Below, in pieces: positions 23,658-33,780 of a DNA stretch of 64,000 nucleotides. The notes beneath the pieces are model-generated. The model worked only from the letters and a program-made list of their open reading frames with translations, did not search any database and was not told where the DNA came from. The DNA lies in assembly GCA_964016885.1 (NCBI GenBank), contig OZ024762.1, positions 29,574,001 through 29,638,000 on the forward strand. Direction: 5' to 3'. How positions within the stretch are numbered: position 1 is the first letter of the stretch; each line of letters opens with the position of its first letter. Made by a program: the position numbers and the translations under genes. Origin of the DNA: Eledone cirrhosa. Lineage: Eukaryota.

Positions 23658-24550
23658 CAGGGTGTGGACGATATTTGTTTGCAAGATAACTGTCTAGGAG
23701 AAAGTAACACAGTAGTTTTATTTTTTAAGATTTATTTATAAAACTTGGGTCAGTTTGTCTTCATGACTTGTTCTTTCAATCTCACTCGACAAACCCGCCA
23801 TTGGCTTTGATGACGGCCTGAAGGCGGCCTCAGAACCGGCCACAGGTCTTCGTCACTGACCCCCCGACTTAGGCCCCTAAAGGCACTTGTGATCCTGGTC
23901 TTCAGATCGTCTTTCGTATTGCAGCTGGATCTGTTGGTGTCTCGTTCCACTGCGCCCCACACAAAGAAGTCGAAGGGGTTGCAGTCAGACGAGCTGGGAG
24001 GCCAGATGTCAGGGGAGGTGAGATCGACGAAGTTCTCTGACAGCCAGGCTTGGAACTTTCGGCTGGTATGGCAGGGCGCTGACTCTTGCTGCCACACGTA
24101 CGGCCTACCTACAGCTACCTGGTCGATCCAGGGCTTTACTACCTCGCTCAGAACGCAGATGTAGCCATCGGTGTTCAGCTTGAGACCCTCAGGGAAGCAG
24201 TGAGGTGGCGTGACGTCACCTTGACTGCTGACGACACCTGAGACCAATGTTGTCGCTGGAAACTCTGTCTACATGACTCTGGGCACGTCTTTGGATGAGA
24301 CAGCGAGCCACCTGTTGTTCTGAGAGTTTATCTTCTGGTCTTATTTGTCCTCCTGGCGCTGATTCCAAGAAGAACTCCGTGTCTCTTCCTCAAATTTGGA
24401 GTTTCAAAATTATTCATAATCAATTATTCTGAAAATAAATAATGGAAATATAGTCACTGTTTTTATGAGGACAAGAGTGACAACGGAAGTAAAAAAAATT
24501 TGCATAAAATTAGCAGTTGAAAATTGCGACCAAATATCGTTCACATCCTG
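23658..24550 (-). mobile_element. Tc1/mariner DD37D (maT-like) element, internally deleted, copy 1
   Basis: TIRs cagggtgtggacgatatttg / caaatatcgttcacatcctg are flanked by TA. The transposase fragment reads ..WQQESAPCH...WPPSSSDCNPFDFFVWG. Confidence 0.9.
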
Positions 24551-24604
24551 TATATACATATCATCATCATCCTCATCTTCATTTAACGTCCATTTTCCAT
24601 GCTA

Positions 24605-24696
<92 letters not shown>

Positions 24697-26227
24697 GGTG
24701 TCATACCCAAAGACTGGTACAGCAGTATTCTCATAAATTGCTACATATATAAAGGGGATGCTCTGGAGAGGAGCAATTATAGGGGCATAAAGCTGATGGA
24801 TCAGGTTATGATAGTGGCAGAGAGAATATTAGCTGATTAGAGAAAGGGTCAATTTAGATGAGATGCAGTTTGGTTTTGTGCCTGGGAAAAGTACAAAAGA
24901 TGCCCTCTTCTTGGTGAGACAATTGCAAGAGAGGTTCTTAGAGAAGAATAAGTCACTATACTTAGTCTTTGTTGACCTAGAGAAGGCCTTTGATAGGGTA
25001 CCCCAATCTGTCATCTGGTGGTCCCTAAGGAAACTAGGTGTAGAGGAATGGCTTGTGAGGACAGTGCAAGCTATGTACAGGGGTGCTGTCAGTAAAGTGA
25101 GGGTAGGAATGGAATTTAGTGAGGAATTCCAGATACAAGTAGGTGTACATCAGGGTTCGGCCCTCAGCCCACTCTTGTTCATTATAGTCCTCCAAGCCAT
25201 AACAGAGGAGTTTAAGACTGGATGCCCATGGGAACTTCTCTGTGCTGATGAACTGGTTCTTAAAGCAGAATCAGTAGAGGTGCTAGAGTATAAATTCTGG
25301 CTATGGAAACAGCAGTTGGAATCAAGAGGCCTGAGAGTGAACATAGCTAAGACAAAAGTGTTGATGAGTAGAAAAGAGGACAAAACTCTGATTCCATCAG
25401 GGAAATGGCCATGTTCGATATGTAGGAAAGGAACTGGCATAAATTCCATAAAATGTACGCAATGCAGATCTTAGGTACACAAGAGATGTAGTGGGATAGT
25501 AGGCAAACTAACAGGTAGGGAAAACTACATATGCAGTAGATGTACAGGGACATTTGACAGTAGGAGTCGCAGTGATAGACACATTTTTCCAATGCAGGTG
25601 GGTTCTATAGAAGTGGTTGATAGCTTCTGGTACCTAGGTTATCAGATTAGCATGGGAGGGGGGGGGGGGTCCGAGGCCATAGTATCTAGAGTAAGGATGG
25701 GTTGGAAGAAGTTTAGGGAGCTGCTTCCTTTGTTGACAAAGAACGGTTTCTCCCTGCATACGAAAGGACGGTTATATGATGCCTGTGTGAGATGCTGCTT
25801 GGTAGTAAGACATGGGCAGCAACTGCAAAGGATATGTGAAGGCTGGAGAGAAGCAAGTATGGTCCGTTGGATGTGCAATGTCAATGTGTGTGAACGACCA
25901 AGCATAGATGAGTTGAGAAAGAAACTGGGTATAAGAGGGATAGGTTGTGGTGTGCAGGAGAGAAGACTGAGATGGTATGGACATGTGATGCGCATGGGGG
26001 ATGACCGCTGGGTAAAGAAGTGCCAAGAAATCCCAGTAGAAGAAAGACGCAGTAGAGGTAGACCATGTAAAACATGAGCAGAGGTGGTGAGAGAAGACCT
26101 CAGAACGCTGAAGCTCATAGAGGAGATGACAAAGGACCGTGACAAGTCGAGAGATGCTGTGCTGAATAGGACCCGTCCCACCCTTGCAAGCAGGGAAAAG
26201 TGGATGTAAAATGATGATGAAGATGAT
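24697..26227 (+). mobile_element. 5'-truncated RTE LINE: degenerate RT, PHD-like finger, C-terminus and (GAT)n tail
   Basis: Motifs NYRGIKL, QFGFVPGKST.DA, FVDLEKAFDRVP, GVHQGSALSPLLF, LCADEL (YADD degenerate) and RRLRWYGHVMR. The 3' end is cccttgcaagcagggaaaagtggatgtaaaatgatgatga. Confidence 0.92.
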
Positions 26228-26296
26228 ATATATATACATATATATATACATACATATATATATATATATATATACATACATATATATATATATATA

Positions 26297-26476
26297 CAGG
26301 GTGTGGACGATATTTGTTGGCAAGATTACTGTCTAGGAGAAAAATAACACAGTAGTTTTATTTTTTAAGATATATCAGTTCCTGTATGAGCAAGGCATGG
26401 TCAGCCGACCAGACACTGCCCACAACAGGACAACCTGTCTAACTCATGCTAGCATGGAAGAACGGACGTAAAACGG

Positions 26477-26509
<33 letters not shown>

Positions 26510-27322
26510 ATCAAATTTGGGTCAGTTTGTTTTCATGACTTGTTCTTTCGATCTCACTCGATAGACCCGCCATTGGCTTTGATGGTAGCCTCAAGGCGGC
26601 CTAGGAACTGGCTACAGGCCTTCGTCACTGTACCCCAACTTAGGCCCCTAAAGGCACTTGTGACCCTGGCCTTCAGATCGTCTTTCGTAATGCAGCAAGA
26701 TCTGTTGGTGTCTCGTTCCACTGCGCCCCACACAAAGAAGTCGAGAGGATTGCAGTCAGGCGAGCTGGGAGGCCAGATGTCAGGGGAGGTGTGGTCGACG
26801 AAGTTCTCTGACAGCCAGGCTTGGATCTTTCGGCTGGTATGGCAGGGCGCTGAGTCTTGCTGCCACACGTACGGCCTACCTGCAGCTACCTGGTCGATCC
26901 AGGGCTTTACTACCTCTCTCAGATTGCGGATGTAGCCATCGGTGTTCAGCTTGAGACCCTCAGGGAAACAGTGAGGTGGCATGACGTCACCTTGACTGCT
27001 GACGACACCTAAGACCAATGTTGTTGCTGGTAACTTTATCTGCATGACTCTGGGCACGTCTTTGGATGAGACAGCGAGCCACCTTTTGTTCTGGGAGTTG
27101 ATCTTCTGGTCCTTATTTGTCCTCCCGGCGCGGACTCCGAGAAGAACTCCGTGTCTCTTCCACAAATTTGGAGGTTCAAAATTATTCATAATCAATTATT
27201 CTGAAAATAAATAATGGAAATATAGTCACTGTTTTTATGAGGACAAGAGTGACAACGGAAGTAAAAAGCATTTGCATGAAATTAGCAGTTGAAAATTGTG
27301 ACCAAATATCTTCCACACCCTG
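26297..27322 (-). mobile_element. Tc1/mariner DD37D (maT-like) element, internally deleted, copy 2, with a nested retroposon tail
   Basis: TIRs cagggtgtggacgatatttg / caaatatcttccacaccctg with TA flanks. ORF 26554-27195 has 37 residues between the D of QDSAPCH and the D of NPLDF. Confidence 0.92.
26373..26507 (+). mobile_element. Short RTE-type 3' tail insertion ending in (GAT)n, nested in maT copy 2
   Basis: Absent from maT copy 1. catgctagcatggaagaacggacgtaaaacggtgatgatgat resembles 40830-40940. Confidence 0.75.
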
Positions 27323-27517
27323 TATATACATATATATATATACATACATGTATATATATATATATACATATATATTTATATACATACATGTATATATATA
27401 TACATATATATATATATATACATACATGTATATATATATACATATATATATATAGACATACATGTATATATATATACATATATATAGACATACATGTATA
27501 TATATATACATATATAA

Positions 27518-28520
27518 ATAGTTGTAACTGCACCAAACCAGGTACGTGCCCACTGAATAACCAGTGCCTAGCACGCAATATTGTCTACCGGTGTACAATA
27601 AATTCCGGGACCAACAAATGGTATTACGTCGGATGTACCGCAACTTCTTTCAAGGCTCGCCTATACCAACATCGATCTTCGATCAGGCACGAGAAAATGC
27701 GCTCCGTAACAACCCTCGCCGATAAAGCCTGGCAGCTTCGGAGGAACAATCAAGCGTTCTCCCTTGATTGGCAAATTATTGCAGCTGCGCCTGCATATCA
27801 GCAAAATCATCGATTCTGCAAGTTATGCAATTTAGAGATATACTGCATTTTAACGTCGGTAAACAAACTTTTGAACAGCAAAATTGAACGTTCTCTATAC
27901 TGTAACCATCGTTTGAAAACGACTTTTTCTTTTTTTAAATGCATATAATGTTACCTTTTTACACCAACGTTTGCAAATTTCTGTCTTATATGTTTATACA
28001 CTAGATATTGCTTTCTATAATAATAGTACTAAACACTGTTTTTCTGGACCCCTTTAGAAATAACCTGCTACTATAATAGCCCTAATAACTTGTCTGTGAC
28101 ATTGTACCACTTTGACCCCTCTAACTAAATTTTGTCCGAACAACACCACTAGAAGAATCTACTTCCCAGCCAACCTTAACACGCCTCATTAAGCTAACTG
28201 CTGCCAAAACATTCTCTCTTCACAATCTCTACTAGTCTGACTGTCTTAAACCCTAGGACTCCCTCCACCTTACTCACTTCCCTCTTCCCCTTCTCTTCCT
28301 ACCTCCTTCTTTATCTTTTATCTAGTGTATAAAATATTTTCATATCATTCTAATACAAAGGTCTGATGACATGGTGTGTTGGCTTACAGTGTACTTTCGG
28401 TTTTTGATAATATTTGTGTATTATTCAAATAGCGAGGTATAGGTAACTCATACACTATAGAAACAATTGTTACCTAATAAATTCTATATACCCGCATTTC
28501 CATTTCGTAAATTTTTTCTA
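27518..28520 (+). mobile_element. Penelope-like element fragment: GIY-YIG endonuclease C-terminal part plus pLTR/3' region
   Basis: [24 protein letters not shown]...[17 protein letters not shown]...CKLCNLE...CNH (frame of ORF 27289-27948). The 3' region is duplicated at 41742-42675 and contains a hammerhead-like motif. It is inserted in (TA)n. Confidence 0.85.
28359..28475 (+). ncRNA. Hammerhead-ribozyme-like motif with ~90-nt stem II region in the PLE pLTR
   Basis: aggt-CTGATGA-c-atggtgtg...tacactat-a-GAAA-CAATTG-TT-acct. The stem II closing pair is a C-A mismatch. Confidence 0.6.
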
Positions 28521-28547
28521 CATATATATATATAGACATACATGTAT

Positions 28548-30318
28548 ATCATCATCATCATCATCATCATCGTTTAACGTCCATATTCCACGCTTGCATG
28601 GGTTTGGACGGGAGTTTTGCCACTTGAGGCAAGAGTGGTTGTCTTGCTCGCATAGGACTGTCTGGCGGGTTTTCTACAGCTGGATGCCCTTCCTAACACC
28701 AACCACGTTTACAGTGTGGAACTGGGAGGTTTTTACCGTGTTGCCTACACAGCAACATTACAGCGTGGATTGTGTGTTTTTTTGTCGTGACACCTACACG
28801 ACCTCATTTGTTTCGGACTGGATGTTGTGGTACCAACATAACTTTACATTGAAAGGGGTGGTGAGGATGGGTGGGGGTAGTGGGACTGGGGTGTATTTTG
28901 TTAGAGGTGCCTACTGACTGTGGTAGGTTTCACTTTGTACTTAGATAAGGCGGGTCTTCTCTATTACTGAGTAGCGCCAAAGATCTCAGTCCAGTGACAT
29001 TGTCTTGGAGAGGTGTAAGTGTGTAAGGTCGGAATTTATCAAGTCGTCCCAGGTTTTTCTGGGTCTGCCTACTCCGTGGCTACCGTCTATCTTTATTGCC
29101 CTGCACTTTTTTATACAGCTGTCATCTTTCATGCGCATCACGTGACCATACCAACGTAGTCTTCTCTCGAGTAAACAACATCTGATCCCTCTTATTTCTA
29201 ATTTTTCCCTTAGTACGTTTATGCTTTGCCGTTCACGTATATTACTATTACACATCCAGGGGAGCATGCAAGCTTCGTTCCTCTCCAGTCTGCGTATATC
29301 CTCTGCACACAATGCCCAGGTCTCACTGCCATGTAACATTGCTGTTTGTATGCAGGCATCATACAGCCTGCCTTTCATTTTTAGAGAGAACCCTTTAGCG
29401 GCTAATAGTGGTATAAGCTCTCTGAACTTTTTCTATCCAGTTCTGACTCTAGCTACTGTACTTTCAGAGCACCCTCCCCCACTGCTGATTTTGTCACCCA
29501 GGTAAAGGAAGCTGTCCACTATTTCTATAGAACCATATGTGCAATGGAATGAGCTAGTATTTTGTGGGCACTTGCTGCTACTTATTGCACCAGAGCACTG
29601 GCCACATATAAAATCTATGTTCTTAGTTAGCTTACCTGTGATCCCACTACATCTTTTATGCACCCATACTTTGCATTTGGGACATAAAATGGAGTTTCTA
29701 CCTACTCCTTTCCTACACACTGAGCATGGCCATTTCCCGGATGGGACCGGTGCCCTATTTTCCTTCCTACAAACTAGAACTTTAGTCTTAGACAGGTTAA
29801 TTTTAAGGCCTTTTGATTCTAGGCCATGCTTCCATGTTTGGAACTTCTTCTCTAGTTCGGCCATTGATTCAGCTATGAGCGTTAGATCATCTGCGTATAG
29901 GAGTTCCCATGGGCAGCCGGTTTTGAACTCCACTGTTATAACCTGAAGGGCAATAATAAATAGTAGGGGGCTAAGAACGCAGCCCTGATGAACACCAACT
30001 TTTATGCTAAACTCTTCACTATATTCGTTATTAATTCTAACCTTGCTGACTGTTTCTTTATACATGGCTTGTATAGCCCTCACAAGCCATTCATCAACAC
30101 CTAGTTTTCTAAGAGCCCACCAGATAATGGAACGGGGGACTCTGTTGAAGGCTTTCTCTAAGTCGACAAAAGCTAAGTATAGGGGTTTACTTTTAGCTAG
30201 GTACTTCTCCTGTAGTTGTCGTACAATGAAAAGAGCGTCTGTGGTACTTTTAACTGATACAAACCCGAACGGCATTTCATCTAGATCAATTCTCTCTCTG
30301 ATTAGTTGCGCTATTACT
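28548..30318 (-). mobile_element. 5'-truncated RTE LINE with RT (YADD intact), PHD-like finger, full 3' UTR and (GAT)n tail
   Basis: ORFs 29433-30683 (AFVDLEKAFNRVP, GVHQGCVLSPLLF, LLYADD) and 28986-29378. The 3' UTR at 28548-28980 contains a single copy of the 111-bp array unit. Confidence 0.93.
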
Positions 30319-31345
30319 GTGTAACACCAGAGGTCACGGTCGTGTGTCATCGCTCTTGAGAGGTGTAATTGGGAAAGGTCAGCTTTCATCACCTCATCCC
30401 AGGTCTTCTTGGGTCTCCCCACTCCGCGGTTTCCATCGACTTCTAGTGCTCTGCACCTTTTTATGTAGCTATCATCCTTCATATCACATGTCCATACCAA
30501 CACAACCTCCTCTCCTGCACACATCATTTGATTCCTCTTATGCTCAGTCTCTCTCAATTCGTTAATGCTTTGCCGTTCACGTATATTACTATTACACATC
30601 CATCGGAGCATGCAGGCTTCGTTTCTTTCTAATCTACCCAAGTCTTCTACAGACAGCGCCCAGGTCTCACTACCATGTAACATTGCTGTTCATATACACG
30701 CATCATACAGTCTGCCTTTCATTTTGAGGGAGAAGCCTTTTGCAGCTAGTAGTGGCAGTAGCTCCCTGAACTTCTTCCATCCCGTTCTTACCCTAGTTAT
30801 TGTACTTTCTGAACACCCACCTCCGCTGCTAATTTGGTCATCTAGGTAGCAGAAGCTGTCTACTGTTTCTACAGAGCCCTCCCAGAGATTGGTGGTACTT
30901 GTTTCCTGTGGCTGTTTGCTGCTTGCTGTCCCAGCACAGCTGCTGCATGTGAAGCCTACATTCTTAGTTAAGCTTCCTGAGATCCCGCTTCATCTCTTGT
31001 GTACCCATTGTTTGCATTTGGGGCAGAGAATGGAGTTCCTACATACTGAGCAAGGCTATTTCCCTGAGGGTATTTGGGTTCTGTTTTCTTGTCTACTTAC
31101 AAGGACCTTAGTCTTTGTCAGGTTGACTTTGAGACCCTTACTTTCTAGTCCCTGCTTCCATGTTTGGAATTTCTTCTCTAGTTCCACCATGGATTCAGCT
31201 ATAAGTGTGAGGTCATCAGCATACAGGAGTTCCCATGGGCATCCGGTCTTAAACTCCTCCGTTATTGCCTGCAGGACTATGATGAACAGGAGAGTGCTAA
31301 GAACAGATCCCTGGTGGACACCGACCTGTATGCTAAATTCCTCGC
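30311..31345 (-). mobile_element. Second, divergent RTE LINE fragment (RT end, PHD-like finger, C-terminus) fused head-to-tail to the previous copy
   Basis: The minus strand again gives VGVHQGSVLSTLLF, LYADD, MLHGSETWALS and GRPKKTWDEV. It lacks its own 3' UTR. Confidence 0.88.
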
Positions 31346-31367
31346 TATATATATATATATATATATA

Positions 31368-33215
31368 CAGAGTACGAGAATAGACCTAGAAGAAATAGAT
31401 CCCGACGCATTATATGGTATAACCCACCATGTAATATGGAGGTGGCCACACCATTAGCTAAGATCTTTCTCTCCTTTATTACGAAGCATTTTCCCCCTAC
31501 ACATAAATATAGTAAAATTTTTAATAGAAATACTATTAAAATTTCTTACTCTACGACTCCTAACCTTGCACATAACATCACAGCTTCTAATTTAGCTAAA
31601 CTACCTAGCCGTAGGAACACGTGCAACCCAGTAGTTAGTACTAACTGTAATTGTAGGAATCGGGTTGATTGCCCCCTATCCGGAAAATGCCTCTCTAGTA
31701 ACATTGTCTACAAATGTAAGGTTGTAACACCCACGTCCCGTAGGGCCTACATAGGGTTAACCGCCAATAGATTCAAGCAGCGTCTTTACATGCATACCCA
31801 TTCTTTTCGTTACCCTCTAAGAAGGAATATGACGTCACTTTCAGATTATATCTGGAGTCTAAAAGACAACCACACCTAATATAAGTTACACTGGGAGATC
31901 CTAGCTAGGGCTAGATCATATAACAGAAATAAAAGATCATGTGACCTTTGCGCCGCTGAGGCCCTGGAAATACTCTACGCCACAGACCACATCTTAAACA
32001 AAAAATCTGAGGCAATTTCGGCTTGTAAACATAAATTGCACAAAACTTTCCTGTATTACAGCCCCACATTATACCCTAATGGATAGTACGATCTATATGC
32101 GGATATTTTACATCTTGATGTGGTAGCTAAGTATATGTTATGTTTATACCATTACTTATTTGCATAGGTAAGTATATATTACCTGTATGTTTTGTGAAGG
32201 TACGTATACTTTCTCGTACGTATATTTGATTGTATATGTTATGGCGTATATTTTATATATTCTGGTACATATGCTTTTGGTTATGTGTATACGTGAGTTT
32301 TGCGTCTATGTGAGTATGTGGGTTCGTACATATGTAGGGTGTGTGTATATGTGTACTTCGTGTTTTGGTTGACGTACGTCTCCGAACATTTGTGTATTTA
32401 CATGTAGGTATGTGTGTGCGCATGTTATATACATATTTATTTAATTATTTGTATACACGCACACACACACACACATATTTATATGTGCGTGGTTTTTTAT
32501 ACCTATGGCGAGTGTTTTCGCGTATGCTTGTGTATGTACGTATATGGATGCGTGTATGTATTTATTTAATTTCAATTGCCTCTGTATTGTATTTTATTTA
32601 CTTTATTCTTAACTCTGAAGCCGAGATTCATTCGGTCTCCTAGTTAGAATTTTAGTCTACGACTTCTGCTATACCATTTACGTGGTTTTGTCTTTGCGTG
32701 CAATTGTTCTCCACACTCCACATATGACGTATTATCTTCGTTTTTTCCGTTCATTGCCAGAGAATGTCTCTATGCACCACCTAAGAGAACATTAGTCTAC
32801 GACCTCTTTTATACCATTTACGTGGTTTTGTCTTTGCGTGCAATTGTTCTCCACGCTCCACATATGACGTATTATCTTCGTTTTTTCAGTTCATTGCCAG
32901 AGAACGTCTCTATGCACCACCTAAGAGAACATTAGTCTACAACTTCTTTTATACCATAAACGTGGTTTTGTCTTTGCGTGTAATTGTTTTTCATCGCTCC
33001 TATTAAGGACGTATTATATTCGTTTTTTCCCGTTCTTTGCCAAGGAACATTTCCACGAACCAAAGTATCGTCTTCCTATCTTCCTTCTGTTGCAACGTTT
33101 TTTGAAATATTCACTTCTGCCTTCACAGATTGACTTTGTTAGTTTCAGAAGATCCCGTTAAGGGTGAAAGCAGCGATTCTTTGCTTAAACTTTAATATGT
33201 TATTTTAATAAATAA
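31368..33215 (+). mobile_element. Penelope-like element (Naiad-like) 3' fragment: linker, GIY-YIG endonuclease and long 3' region
   Basis: IIWYNPP...KIFNRNTIKISYS...CNCRNRVDCPLSGKCLSSNIVYKC...YIGLTANRFKQRL. There is one TAA at 31877, after which the frame continues (WEIL..RSCDLCAAE..LNKKSE..CKH) to a stop at 32086. It starts in (TA)n; the 3' boundary is uncertain. Confidence 0.85.
32652..33060. repeat. 140-bp tandem repeat, ~3 copies, in the PLE 3' region
   Basis: ttagtctac(g/a)ac.tct..tatacca.. recurs at 32652, 32792 and 32932. Confidence 0.88.
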
Positions 33216-33279
33216 ATATATATATATATATATAGTGGCAAAACATAAGTCAATTGCATGAACTCATAATCCTTTATTT

Positions 33280-33335
33280 ACTGCTATATATATTTCGATG
33301 ATAGCCATTGAATGGCTATGACCTCATCAGGCAGT
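33280..33335 (-). ncRNA. Minimal type-I hammerhead ribozyme with intact catalytic core
   Basis: Minus strand reads actgc-CTGATGA-ggtcatagccat(tca)atggctatcatc-GAAA-TATATA-TA-gcagt. Stem I is 5 bp, stem II ~11 bp, loop 3 is palindromic and the cleavage triplet is AUA. Confidence 0.82.
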
Positions 33336-33393
33336 TAGTCAGTTCTTAGACATGCCAGCTCTGTGTTTATAGTGTTGATGGTATCAGAGCCTT

Positions 33394-33429
<36 letters not shown>

Positions 33430-33623
33430 GATAGCATATATATGTGTTTGGTATGTATATTTAATTTTGATAGTTTGTATAATTTTGTATAATTTTGTAC
33501 ATAGATCTGTTGAATATGCATGCCAATTCTAACACATATATATCCTAGAAACGATCGTTAAATAATGAACTTTTTTTGTTTAATATAAGGAACTGTTTCA
33601 TTGTTTTATTCATTATTTTTTTA

Positions 33624-33661
<38 letters not shown>

Positions 33662-33780
33662 TAGCATATATAAGTCAGTGTTAATGGACATACACATATT
33701 TACACAATTTAAGCAGACATCAAATGGAAAAGATATATGTATATATACAAAGAGAGAGAAAGAACCATATCATAGAGGGC

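Noticed and set aside
23658-27322. Composite transposon formed by the two maT copies carrying the RTE
   Set aside because: Each copy has its own TIR pair and TA flanks within TA-rich DNA, and nothing shows joint mobilisation.
33140-33185. Hammerhead at the end of the 31.4-33.2 kb PLE (cagaaga-tccc..gggt-gaaa)
   Set aside because: The core is CAGAAGA, there is no UH triplet or stem I, and stem II closure is poor. It is at best a dead remnant.
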